DNA of 64,000 nucleotides, from NCBI GenBank assembly GCA_034780895.1, contig JAUZTB010000001.1:87042454-87106453 (forward strand), written 5' to 3'. The notes below the pieces were generated by a model. It was not told the DNA's origin and did not search any database. It saw nothing but the letters and a program-made list of their open reading frames with translations. A program made the position numbers and the translations under genes. This DNA is from Rhynchobatus australiae. Its lineage: Eukaryota. Shown here in pieces: positions 12,960 to 26,188 of the stretch (position 1 is the first letter of the stretch; each line of letters begins with the position of its first letter).

Positions 12960-13235
12960 GGCATTACCAATGCCAAGTCCACACTGAAATCACCATGGAC
13001 CAGAAACCCAACTGGACCAGCCATGTAAATGATCTACTACAAGAGCAGTCAGAGGCTGGCTAACGCGTAGTGAGTAACTCACGAATCAACACCCCAAAGC
13101 CTTTCCACAATCTATAATGCATAAGTCAAGAGCCCTGTGATGGACTATCTCCACGCTATCCAGGGGAAAGGAGACTGCTTGATTGGCACTCCATCCTCTA
13201 CCATGAACGTCATTTCTTTTAACATCATTACAACA
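12960..13235 (+). mobile_element. Decayed L2/Crack-like LINE RT C-terminal fragment
   Basis: Remnant peptides DQKPNWTSHVN and PQSLSTIY; similar to 52415-52720. Confidence 0.6.
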
Positions 13236-13359
13236 TCCTGTATATTTAAAAAAAATAAATATCATATATCAACGGCAAGGTAACTTGCCAAATATTTGAA
13301 AGCAATGGAAGGAGGATTTTCTTCCTGTATTAAGTTCAGTGCCTAGCCACTGGATCTGA

Positions 13360-13575
13360 CCATTTATTTCAAATTTCTAGCATCTGCAATTTAAAAAAAA
13401 ATTCAGTTGCTGTTGAAACTTGTCCTATCTCTTTCCCAGTTCTAACAAGGGTCACAGGCCCAAAATGTTGACTATTTCTCTTCCCATGGATACTGCCTAA
13501 CTTGCTGATTTTTTTCCCCCAGCATTTTCTGCTTTAATTTCAGATTACCAGCATCTGCAGCTTTTTTTTTTATTT
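13360..13575 (+). mobile_element. Penelope terminal-repeat copy with decayed hammerhead motif
   Basis: cagttctaacaagggtcacaggcccaaaatgttgact followed by the family tail ...ttcagattaccagcatctgcag. Confidence 0.7.
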
Positions 13576-14229
13576 TCACTAGCCACAGATATGTTGGATT
13601 CAGGTTGGGTATGTATTCTGATGAGCTATTTCGGTTCAGGTCAGGCCTGGCTGTGCTCAGTTATTCATTCAGGTCAGAATGATTTCCATCCTGTTGCCAC
13701 ATCTTCCATTTATGATTACTATTTGATGTGATAGCCTCCAGAAGATAAACAGTTTATTTCTTATGTTTACGGTGAAAGTTCAGTTGAGTATGGAAAAAAA
13801 GTACCTGGGTTAGGGTCAAGTTTGGATTGGCCATTGTCACATGGGTTAAAATATTATAGCTATGCTGGCTTTTCTAAGTTTAGTCTTTCATTGTTTTTTT
13901 TCATTGTACCTGTACCTTGCCATACTTGTGCATATGACAATAAACTCAACTTAATTGAGTTGACAGCAAAAGTGAGGATTCTGTTATATCTGGTCAGACA
14001 GAGGCAGAGTGGTATACAGAATAAATAAGTCAACCAATAAGATGTTGGAAGAGAATCTCAAAGCCTTTTATGATTCCAGCAACACTGCGTTGCAAGTTTT
14101 CAGGAGATAGCAGGTGAATGTAGAGATATTTTATGTTATACGTAGCAGAATGCAAGATGGTGCATGCAAATTGTAACTTTGGAGGTGTCAGGGACTTGTT
14201 GATCTTTGATTTCATGTGGGATTTTAGAT

Positions 14230-15120
14230 TGTTACAGATTAGGTTACTACTAGTGAATGTCCCTTTAAGACATTGTACAGTAGTGTGTATGTGTGTGGTG
14301 TGATTACGACAATAATAGGAGATAATGACATGATGGCGTTGTTTTGGAGCAGTCAGTCAGACAGTCAGAGAGAGAGAGAGGGAGGGAAAGAGACACCTTC
14401 CTGCTGGCCTCTGTATTGATGGATGAAAAACAATAATTGTGTCTGTCACTACAATCCACGTATGGAATTTTGGAATAATCCAATGGAGTCCACTTTGTCA
14501 TTAACCTGTAGAAGGAAACAGGTATTTGTGTGGATGGCCATGTCTCGAATGCCTTCTTGGGGTGGCAGATACTTCGGAACAAAGATCATCAGTGATTGAG
14601 GTGTCGTATGGGTTCCATCGTGGAACAATTGGATTTCGTAATTACTCTCTATTTTCCCTCTACATTTTCTTTTCAGTCAGTGGTGGTTTTGCAGAAACCT
14701 TTACTCACGTCTCACCTTACGGCTTGCTGAACTGAACTTTGAGACTATTCCTGGACTTGGAGTTTGGGAACTTGCCACACACACACTTCAAGTTTAGTTT
14801 TGAGGTTAATTTTTAAGATCTAACATTTTTACTTTTATTTGTCTTATTATCATGTGGTTATTAATAACATAGTTTCTAACACTGTNNNNNNNNNNNNNNN
14901 NNNNNNNNNNNNNNNNNNNNNNNNNNNNNNNNNNNNNNNNNNNNNNNNNNNNNNNNNNNNNNNNNNNNNNNNNNNNNNNNNNNNNTTTGCCACACACACA
15001 CTTTGAGTTTAGTTTTGGGGTTAATGTTTAATATCTAACATTTTTACTTTTCTTATTATCATGTGGTTATTAATAACATAGTTTCTAACACTGTGTTTCT
15101 TTTGTTGCTGGTACGTGACA
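14230..15120 (+). mobile_element. Solo LTR (Gypsy or ERV type)
   Basis: Ends TGTTAC...GTGACA; 4-bp TSD AGAT at 14226-14229 and 15121-15124; second family copy ends at 60369. Confidence 0.85.
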
Positions 15121-15584
15121 AGATGCAGAATTGAGGGAGATTCATATGAGATAAATGGACCAAGACCTATTAAAATGTGTCAAATCCTATAGTGTCTCAG
15201 AGCTGCCTTAAGCCAGAGTTGATGATGCATAGATTTGGAGCAAGTGAATATCCTGAAGATTTCTGTGATGTTGACCCACTTCCTTAATACCATTGCCACT
15301 CAGCTAGTTGGCCTTTCTGACATTGTTAGCAGCTTTCTCCATTACTGTCCCTTTCCATAAACCCTGCCACTATTAACCCATCTTAAAAACAAACTTGATT
15401 TGCACTGTCTCCAGTACCATGAATGTTCTATCACTGATCCACATCTACAAAAAGTGCTGCAGCAATTTGCTTACTTTCCTTCAACAGAGTATTTCACACC
15501 CTTGACCCTCAACTGCCAAGAAGAACAAGAGCAGCAGCTGCGCGGAGCAGCCATCCCTTCTGTTCTAATCCAAACTGCACAGCT

Positions 15585-16222
15585 TTTGGAAACGTGGGCC
15601 AAAAAAATGGTAAAGAAGGCATATGGCATGTTTTTCTTCATAAGTAGGGGCACAGAATATGAGAGTTGTGATGTTATGATGCAACTTTACAAAACACAGG
15701 TTAAAACACCTGGAGTATTATGTGCAGATCTGATCATCACACTGTAGGAAGGATGTGACTGTGCTGGAGAGAGCACAGAGGATATTCACCAGGATGTTGC
15801 TTGGATTGAAGGACTTCAGTTATTAGGAGAGATTACATAATGTTGGGCTTGTTTTCCCTGGAGTGAAGGAGGCTGTGGGTCACCTGATAGAAGATTATGA
15901 GAAGCATATATGGGGTAGATAGTGGGAATCTTTTTCCCGTGGTCAAAATCAAGGGCAGAGGTTTAAGGTAAGATGGGGAGTTTTATAGTGGATGAGAAGG
16001 GTAGGTTTTTTTTACACAGAGGTTGATATTTGGATGGCAGTGTCAGAGGAGGTGCTGGAATCAGATACATTTACTAAGTTTAAGAGGCATTTTGACAAAC
16101 ACTTAAATAGGCAAGGCATCGAAGAATATGGTCCCAATGCATATACATGTGATTAATGTAGATGAGCAAAAAGGTCAGTGTGGCTGAGGTGGGTGGAAGG
16201 GCCTGTTTCTGTCCTGCATGAA
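15585..16222 (+). mobile_element. CR1 LINE 3' fragment
   Basis: KMVKKAYGMFFFISRGTEYESCDVMMQLYKT peptide; gaagggcctgtttctgt tail. Confidence 0.85.
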
Positions 16223-16227
16223 TTTAT

Positions 16228-16425
16228 TCGTATTGGTTTATTATTGTCACGTGTACAGAAGTACAGTGAAAAACTTGTCTTGCGTACCATTTGTACAGAT
16301 TGATTCATTACACAGTGCATTGAGGTAGTACAGGCTAAAAACATTAACAGAATACAGAGTGAAGTGTTGCAGCTATAGGTATAGTCAAGTGCATTGCAGG
16401 TAGACAATAAGGTGCAAGGTCATAA
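16228..16425 (-). mobile_element. Rex1/Babar-like 3' UTR inserted at the CR1 tail
   Basis: tattggtttattattgtcacgtgtac... matches 1-177 (reverse complement) and 50515. Confidence 0.75.
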
Positions 16426-17269
16426 CCTTATTGTTATTAACCTTGGGTCATTAACCTTATGACTCTAACTCCCTGACTTAAAAAGATCACTGTTCCTTCA
16501 TTTCTTTGAATCAGTCTTTGAGCTCTACAGTATCAGGAGTACTTTCACCACAAAGATTGCATTGGTTCGAGAAGACAGCTCATCCTTCCTTACTCTATAC
16601 TCAGTACATGAGAGCAAGCAAGTTAACGTGGGTGTAAGAAGTCTATGCTGAGAATATTAAGGTTAGCAGGAGGTAGATCTTGGAGGAGATATTAATTGAT
16701 AAGTACTGGTGGGGGACTGAATCAGAAGCAACTGTGGGCTTGTCTCTGAAAGAAAATTAGGGAGTTAAAGACTCTTGATTCAACAGAAATCTGAGGGATG
16801 CAGGCACAAGCTTAAAGTAGGACAGAAGATCAAGGAATTTGAATGGAACCGCACAAATTGCATTTGAGTCGACTATTTTTATTGCTAGCTGGTTTGTGTA
16901 TTGTTTCCCTTATTACAGATTTGATTACTTTGCTGTAGGAAATTAGAAAGCAGAAATCCAATTTGACTTGGAGGTTTTTAAATATCAGAACTGAGATGAG
17001 TTTTCATTCTGTGTGTAGTAGATTCATTTTTATCGTAAAGTTATGATATATTTCTATATCTTGAGCGGAGGTGTGAATGGGTGGTAATATAAATGTGCAG
17101 GGCTTAATGTGGTGGTGGAACTATATTGAATGTTATTTGAATAGAACTTAGTAGCTACATTCAGAATAAATTTACAGTAAAGAGCAAGTGATATGTGTGG
17201 TAGGACCTAGAATTCTTGCCATTGCAAAACTTTCTCTTTGCTAGGTAAGGGAACAATCTGAAATTAGTA

Positions 17270-17650
17270 TATCATCTTTTGCATTATTAAGATGTCCCAA
17301 AACACTTTACAGACAATAATATGCTTTTGAAATGTTTTCATTATTAAACTAGAAATTCACTGGCCAATTTACACAAAACAATATTCTGTATTTTTTTTAG
17401 TTCGATTGATGGATAAACGTGCTACCAGGCAGTACTTTGTTCTCCTTAAAGATAATGCCATGAGGTCTTTACATCCAACCTGGAAGGAGGGTCAGCTTTC
17501 ATTCAAAAGCTGGCACCTCTGATTGTGTAGCTGTCTCTTAATAAGGTGTGAACTATGAGCCTGGATTATGACTTTGTTTCTCTGGAGTTGGGTTTAATCC
17601 AACAACCTTCCTGACTGGAGATGAGAATTCTGACACAGAATCTTGACTGA
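17270..17650 (-). mobile_element. Decayed Deu-domain SINE
   Basis: gatgtcccaaaacactttacag...gccatgaggtctttacatcc...ggcacctctga...caaccttcctgact. Confidence 0.7.
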
Positions 17651-20600
17651 TGCAGCAAGCTGATATTTTGTTTTCTACTTGAATAGCATACTGCACATAC
17701 TAACTTTGAGGTCATGATGTAGAAAAATAGTTGACAATTGATCAGGATCTGAACCAGTAAAAGTCAGTTTTATATGAACTAGTACCTAGCTGGCACTGCC
17801 TGTTTCTTGTTCAGTTACTCGTTAAAAGGAGTTGAGCAACTGAAAATGTGAATAATAGTGCTCTCTGCTGATACTTTTAAACTAACTATTAAACAAGTGC
17901 ATGTGTTTCTTTTGAGTGATGTCATTTATAATTATGGGTTTTTAAGTTTTGTTCCTGAAAAAGCAAATAACTGAGGTGGGGCTAGCAATGGAATGTCTTT
18001 CATGAATGCAGTAGGCCCTCAACTGAACAATACTGAATGGTGTAATACTCTTTTCAAAGTTATGCCATTAAAGTAACCTAAGTAGTTGAAGCTACCCTTG
18101 CTATATATACCTGTCACTGCATCTCACGTAAAAAACAAAACCCTATGCAAATTTATAAGTATTTTCTTCTCCCAGTATTTTGATGTGTCACGGGAATGTT
18201 ACACTTATTTTTCAGGAATGTGGTTTCTGTTTTTGAGTCTAGTGTTGGGAATACAAATGAAATAGCTTGTCTGTGACAGTCATCTGAGTTATTGGGCCTC
18301 CTTTGCTGGGATTGTTGACCTAAGAGATGAAGCCAACATTGCTTTACTTAATCCTCCCAGTAGATTTAGACAGTTATCAATTAATTTATAAATTTAATCG
18401 ATCTCCTGGTCATCTTAACCACTACAAAGTTGCATTTGTTGTCCGTGAATTGTCCACTTCAGACGCCCTCTGTTCTGGTAGATCATTCCTGTTGGTTTTA
18501 GGTGTGCTATGTCTCCAGTCCCATGATCTTCATACTAATGGTTGTAATTCCAAACCATGCACATCCTTCATGCCATATTCTTGACCATCTTCTTGGATAT
18601 CTACCATGTGAACTTCCTGACTCCCAGTACTTCCACCATGTCTGCACAGTTCTGATATAATAGTCCTTTATGGCACAGTGATTGGAACAGTTTGGGCTGT
18701 ACTTCACTCAGTTGTGTCTGTAAATGTTCATTCATCAGCATCTCAGCCAGGCAGACCCCAGCCTGTGTAGTGCTACTCCCCATTAGCCATTTATTGTGGC
18801 TATACTTTCCTCCTTTCTGGATCGTGTGACCCAAGGATTTCTTGCCACTTGCTTTTGTAGCCACCTGATTAGGATGCTGTGGATGAAAACAAGGTAGAAT
18901 AGGGTATAAGCAGCATTTAAGTTTCAAAATGGCAAGTTCTGATGAGCTCTGGGATATGTAAACACTTTTACATTAAGGTTTTCCAGCAAACATTTTCATT
19001 GAAATCAGGAATAAATCATTGGTTTTTACAGTTTTAAAATCATACCTTCAAGTACTTTGCATTAAATTCTCATAATAGAGCACCTAGTGCTAATTTAAAC
19101 TTTTTAAAATAGCCATCATTTGTGCTAAAACCATGACTACAATAATTATTTCTTATTTTCACCTTTTAAGTTAAATTGGCATGCAGGACTACATTTGTAT
19201 GTTGGTGTGGTCTCTCATTGACACTCATTTAAACACAAATGTTACTGAGGAGGAAGGATGTTGATACGTGCGGTTATGGTCAGGATCTGCTGCAGTCGGC
19301 GACTGGAAAATGTTCTTTCCATATCTGTCACCTTTTCCTTCGTTGGAGGTGTGACAGAACCCAAAATGGGTGACTTTTACATTTTGAATAGCAGCTCTTT
19401 ACTTGTGAGTCACAACCTCTCTGCTTGTTGGCATAGAAATTGGGCATAGTGTTGTCACTGTTGCTCTGCTCTATGTTGTGTTCACTTTGACCTTGGCTCA
19501 TGCTTATACTGTATATGATACTGTGATCTCAGTTCAGCACCCAGTACTGCATTTTGAGGCTACAGGCAAGAATTTCTGATGTTATTGTTGCCAGTTATTC
19601 ATTCCCATTTGAAATATGCACAGAGCATCTGATATAACATATGGATGTGAGTGTAGCAGAGCAGACAAAATCTGTTAAAGCAGTGCCATCTAAATGTGTA
19701 CTATTCTGTAACGGTGTTGAGAACAGCAGGATGTGATGGTGAGGGGAGGTGATCATTTCTTTTTTGATGATGTAGTAAAATAAGTTGTTCCTCTTTTTTT
19801 ATATAAAAAAAAGCACATGGATTGCTTCACTTTGTAAATAGGGAAATTAGATGCAAAAGCAAGGAAGTCATGCTTAACAATCAGTCACTAGTTAGGGCTC
19901 AGCTGCTGTACGGTATGAAATCCAGGGTGCCACTTTTCAGAACGGATATTATGATGTTGGAGAGTACAGAGGAAGTTTACCAGAAAGATGCCAGGCATTA
20001 ATGAGTTCACTTTTNNNNNNNNCAGAATCTGGGAAAGTTCTTTTGAGCAGAGAAAACTAAGGAAGAATCTATTCAAAATTTGGGGATTTTAATAATGCAA
20101 CTTTCTCAGGTATACCTTTTTCACAAAGCAACAAATTCCAAGGTGCTTCACAGGAAGGATAAATGAAAATTTTACACCAAGCCAGAGAAGGGACAGAGGA
20201 CTAAAAGTTCAGTCATAAAGGAGGAGGAGATGGGTGAAAAAGGTGGATTTACTTTGACTTTGATTAACCCCAAATTTAGAGGAATGCAGTTATCTTGGAT
20301 GCTTTTAGGGTTAGAGAATAGAGTATGAGGAGTGCAAGATTACATAGGGATTTCAAAAAAAGGGTAAGATTTTAACATCCAGGCATTGTGCAGTCAAGAA
20401 CAACCCTGGTTTATTGGTGCAAATTAGGACATGAAAGCTGAGTCTTGGATAATCTCAAATTTACTAAGAGATGAACTAGGGATATGTGCAGGAGTTCTTC
20501 GAAACACAAATTTAAATGACCCTTTCAGCAACAAATGGGCTGAGGCAGGCTTGGAGTTGGGCAATACTACAGAGGTCTTAGTGATGTCATGGATATAAAA

Positions 20601-21679
20601 TCTTTAGCTCATCTTGAGTTCAAATAGAACCTTGGTGGAATGTCCTTTCTAGTAATGACTGTTGTTTTTCTCACCTCTCCTACTGCCTCATCCCTTCCCA
20701 TTTTTGTTTGCATATACATCTTCAGGTGAAAATCTGGACAGTGAAGTTGGTGGTTAATGACCTGCTGAAATGGGGAGTTCTTCACACCTGGCAACAATGT
20801 AGGCTGATTTGCGCTATGGGCAATGGCATTAAGCATTTGAAATAGCACCTTCATTAGTCACATTGCCTTTGTTGATGTATGTTTGCTGAAGAAGAATTCC
20901 TGTATGAGACAATGGATAATGAATAGATTGCTTTAAAAATAGATTTTAAAATACAATTGCAGGTACTTCGTAGAATGGCCAACAAAAATAAAATGCTGGT
21001 ATGAGCAGTTGTCTGATTTAAAGAAAGCATTTGTACCAAGAACATCTATTTTATTCTCCCTTTCTTTTGCTAAGTGCGACACTGGGTCTCTGGGGTAGAT
21101 TTTCAAAGCCAGCCTATTATTTCTGTTTGATTGAATGGCACACTGAGTCACTGTTGCGCTGTGCTCACTGTCACTGTATGAATGCCTTTCTGTTGCACAA
21201 AGTGGAGACGCATTCATTGTGTTGCTGTGACCAGCACGTGGTACCATTCAACACCAGCGATGACAATATCTTTCATGCTTGTTTGGAGAGGAGTGCCATT
21301 GTTTTGTGACAATAGGGTCTTTTTATCAGAAATAAAATTTTATAATGCTATTTAAGTGAAACCTATTGACATTTTTATCCTGTTTTCTATGCAGCTGCTG
21401 TTCTTGTAATCTTGTAAATTTTTTTCTGTGTTTCTCAAATGATTTTGTTTACAACAGGGACATATTTTATGTATGAAGGCAAGTGCACAAACTGAAGCTT
21501 GAAGAATGGATATTTTACATGTGCGTCTCCTCCCTTTCACCACTTGTCTTTACCAACACTTTAAAAAAAATACATAGTGCAAATCTGGAGGAAGGTGATG
21601 AATGCAGAGTTTCTCTGTGACACCGTGAGCAGTATAAATCCTTGAAAGCAAAAGCCAGATGAGCAAAGTACACTGGCAC

Positions 21680-22150
21680 TTTTCACATCTGGCCTCCCTT
21701 CCAACTCCCACCCTCTAAACCTGAGTTTATCCAAAACTGTATTGCCTTTGTTTCACACCAAGCCATTTTCACCCACAACCCCAAAGCTCATTATCTGTGT
21801 TAGCTCCTGATCTAGCAAAGTCTCAGTTGTTTTCAAATAATTCCTTTCCCTTGGACACACCCATCTATCAAACCTCCTCTAGCTCAACAGTCTTCAAAAT
21901 TTTTGAAGGCCTCTTGCTCACTCCTTACTTTTTAATAGCACAGCCATCTGAGCTGTTTCCACCTGCCTTGACCTAAGCTTTCCCTCTACCTCCTTTTTTT
22001 CTCTTTCCTCCTGTAAGATGTTTCTTTAACACCAAGCCCTTTCATTAAGCTGTGCAAATACATCTTGTGTCTCAGTCAAATTTTGTAAAGATGACAATGA
22101 AACATCATAGCATGGTTTTATGTAATAAAATGTGCTTTTTAATTGTGAGT
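21680..22150 (+). mobile_element. Old L2 LINE 3' end
   Basis: Pyrimidine-rich L2-like ORF2 end and tail, recognised by eye. Confidence 0.5.
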
Positions 22151-22539
22151 TGTTAATAATTTAAATGTTCAAACAATACTGCTTCACTGTTCATGCATTT
22201 AAAATATGACTCCTGGGGGAGAAGCTGTGTGCGTGCTCTACACATACACACAGGACTCTTTCCTGAATAGCAGAATTTGTGGTTCATTGAAGTGATGCAG
22301 ACAAGGTTTTGCCTCTTTTGTTAGCTGTGTTGTTGGTGCATTATCAAACACAACAATAATATTAATGTAAGCTTGGGTAAGATGCAGTGGAAAAATTAAA
22401 AGCTTGCTTCCAGTTGATATGCTAAATCATTTCAACAGTAGTTGTATGTGGAAGACAATGGAGAGGAACGGAAGTATCTGGAAGTAACTCTTGGAGAAAT
22501 CTATAGGAGCACAGGGAATTTTCGGCTCCTTGAACTTTG

Positions 22540-23050
22540 TCAAAGTCAAGTTGAGTTTATTGCCATATACACAAGTACGTGTATGCACAGGTGCTATGAA
22601 AAGCTTACTTGCAGCAACATCACAGGCACATAGCATTTGAGACACTATTCACAAGAGAAACAAATAAAATGTAAATTATACAAAAAAGAACAATTGGAAC
22701 AAAACAAATATAGTCCTTTGTAGTGCAAAGTGGTCATATGGTGTTGCTATTACTGAGGTAGTGATTAGGGTTGTGCAGGTTAGTTCAAGAATGATTTGTT
22801 TGAAGGAAAGTAGCTGTTATTGAACCTAGTGGTCTGTACTTTGAGGCTTCTGTACCTTCTGCTTGATAGTAGCTGTGAAAAGATGTCATGCCCTGGATGG
22901 AGGGGATCTTTGATGATAGATGTTGCCTTCTTGAGGCAGCGCCTCATGTAGATACTACTGATGGTGGGGAGGAATGTGCCCATGATGTATTGGGCTGAGT
23001 CTGCTACTCTCTGCAGCTTCTTGCATTCCTGTGCATTCAAATTGCCACCA
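22540..23050 (-). mobile_element. Rex1/Babar LINE RT C-terminus and 3' UTR
   Basis: ORF 22780-23040: KKLQRV...IYMRRCLKKATSIIKDPLHPGH..F..L.S.RRYRSL...TTRFNNSYFP. Confidence 0.88.
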
Positions 23051-23769
23051 GTCAGTTAAACAATAGCTGATTGTTACCTCCTCTACATTTTGCAACCTTA
23101 GCTGCTCAGTCTTAAAAATTCCAATTAACCCATACATCCTCAGAATTTTAGTCAAGTAGGGGAGCAATGTTGAGTTTCTACTGCATTTTGTGTGGCTGTG
23201 TTTCTGTTTCTACTTTTGAGTAGCCCAACTTTGATTTTAAGATCCTTTTCTTTGGTGTTGCTATCCTCATTTGTGGAAGTAGTTTCTGTGTTCTTCCTTC
23301 TAAATCATTTTTAACATTTTAATCTGTTTATGTCACCTTCAGCTTTTTAAGTTCAAAGGTGAGACATATGAACTTCATTCATCCTGCCCTCATCATGTAA
23401 TTCTAAGCTTCGGTATCGTTCTGCACCACCTGAAGGCCACACTGTTTTCCTGAGCTGCAATCCGTAAAACTCACTGCAGTTCTCCAGATGAAGTGTGACT
23501 GATGTTCAAAGCTAAAAGGCTGTGTTTCATAAGCTGAGTACATATCTGTTATATTAGTTTTGGGCTAGGTAAAGTGCATCATAGCACTGGGGAACTGAAA
23601 CCCTAGTTTTGTGTAATAACGTCCTCTTTTCTCCCCTTTGACAATCTAAATATATTATGTCCACTGGTTNNNNNNNNNNNNNNNNNNNNNNNNNNNNNNN
23701 NNNNNNNNNNNNNNNNNNNNNNNNNNNNNNNNNNNNNNNNNNNNNNNNNNNNNNNNNNNNNNNNNNNNN

Positions 23770-25400
23770 TTCCTATCTGTGTGTCTGTCCAAATGCCTTT
23801 TAAACATTGTTATTTTATCTGCCTGTACCACCAACTCTGGCAGCTAGTTCCAGATATTCACCACCCTGTGTGTGTGTGGACTTGCCCTTCATATCCCCCT
23901 CTAACTTTTCTTCTTTCACCTTAAACCTGTGCCCTGCCCTGGGAAAAAGATTCTACCTGTGCCCTTCATGATTTAAAATTAGGCCTCCATCTTGTACGTT
24001 CCAGTGAGAATAAACCACTCTTTCCAATCTCTCCTTATTAATGACAGCCCTCTGTTCCAGGCAACATCCTGGTGAATCTCTTCTGCATTCTCTATTGATA
24101 CCACATCACTTCTGCAGTGTGGTGACCAGAACTGTACACAGTACCTAAATGTGATTCAACCAATGTTCTGTATAGCTGCAAATGATGTCCCATTCCTTAT
24201 GAAGGCAAGCATGCCAAATGCCTTGTTCACTAACCTATCCATCTGTGTTGTCACTTTCAGGGAGCTATGGACTTGCACCCTAAGGTCTCTCTGTACATGA
24301 ACACTCCTAAGGTACTTGCCATTTATTCCAAATGTTCTACCAGATTTGACCTCCCACAGTGCATTACCTCACACTTGTCTGGATTACATTCCATGTGCTG
24401 CTGTTCTGCCTAAATTTCCTTCTGATCTATGTCCCACTGTATCCTTGGACAACCTTCTTCACTATTTACAGCTCCTCCAATTTCAGTCATCTGCAAACTT
24501 GCTAATCAGGCACTCTACATTCTCTAGTCATCTTTGTTTATATTACAAAGCCGGCAGCACCAATCCCTGAGACACACCACTTGTTACAGACTTGTATTTG
24601 GAGAAACACCCATCCACCACTAGCCTCTGCCTCCATCACCAAGCCAATTTTGGATCCAGTTTGCAACACACCTTGGACCCCTTGTGCCTTAACTTTCTGG
24701 ACCAGCTTACCAGACAGGACCTTGTCAAAAGCCTTGTCAAAGTCTATGAAAATCACATCCACCACTCTGCCTTTTTCAATTTTCTAAGCTGCCTCCTCAA
24801 AAAGGTAATCAGATTTGCAAGACACTATCTCCCCTGCACAAACCATGCTGACTCCTAATCAGTTTCTGCCTTTCTAAGTGAATGTAAATCCAGAATCTTC
24901 TCCAACAACTTCCCTACCACTGATGTAAGGCTCACCAGCCTGTAGTTTGCAGCTTATCCTGATGCCCCTTTTGAACAAGGGGATGACATTTGCTAACCTC
25001 CAGTCATCTGGTAACTTGCTCATAGCTAACAAAGATCTCCATCAGAGGCCCAGCAATCATCTCCCTTAGCATCCTAAGATCGATCCCATCCAGCCTTGGG
25101 AATCCAATGTGTGCCAATATTTCTAGCACTTCTTCCTGACACAGACATGCCTCAGAATATCAGTGTACTCCTCCCTTAACTCTCCAGCCTCCTGTCTGTC
25201 TTCCTGGGGATTACTAATGAGAAGTATTCATTTTAAGATCTCGCTCTTATCCTCTGGCTCCACACATAGATTACCTCTCTGGTCCCTGAGGGGACCTGTT
25301 TCTTCCTTTGCTATCCTCCTGCTTCTAATGTACTTGAAAGCTTTCAAGATTCTCCTTAATCTTGCATGCCAAGGTCTTTTTGTGGACCTTTATACTCTCC
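23770..25400 (-). mobile_element. Decayed CR1 LINE (RT region)
   Basis: ORF 24538-24765 VDVIFIDFDKAFDKV...LVQKVKAQG. Confidence 0.9.
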
Positions 25401-25882
25401 TAATTTCTTTGTTTTCTCTTTTTCTCCTTATTTACCCTGCTGCTTACAGATGTGCCCAACGTGATGTAAATTTTGTTTTACTTTACAGATATTATTACAG
25501 CATTACTAGACAATTTGAACATACTTCATGATGGGTCAACATGCTCATAAGAGGCAGGGTCTGGAAAAAGTAAATGTTCATTTCTTTCCCCTCTGTGACA
25601 GAGCTTTAATTGTGTTGCTCGGTAAATGGCAGCCAAACAGTGACCATTTCCTCCCAGTCCCACCTGCATGAGGAACCTAATATCTCCTAGAAGCTGTGTA
25701 CCCTGACGTTGTACAAAAGTTTAATCAAAAGTTGAATAGTTTTATTTTTAATGGGGGTAATAGCTTTTGTACTGCAGTCATCCTTCTCAGTCTTCAATAG
25801 GATGGAACTCAAGACCCTTTGGTAGGGGTAATGAGTGATTTTACATTTTGGTAGATTTACTCTCTGCCACTGCTTTCCTTAG

Positions 25883-26188
<306 letters not shown>

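Noticed and set aside
14772-15094. ~110-bp direct repeat flanking the 100-N gap inside the LTR
   Set aside because: Typical of an unresolved contig overlap or a mis-joined paralogous LTR; cannot be called biological without reads
19258-19449. Alternative first coding exon ending at TT|GTGAGT
   Set aside because: Donor phase 0 is incompatible with phase-2 exon 2, and there is no PACS similarity
25163-25531. 122-aa hydrophobic ORF
   Set aside because: Antisense to a decayed CR1, with pyrimidine bias producing Leu/Ser/Phe richness
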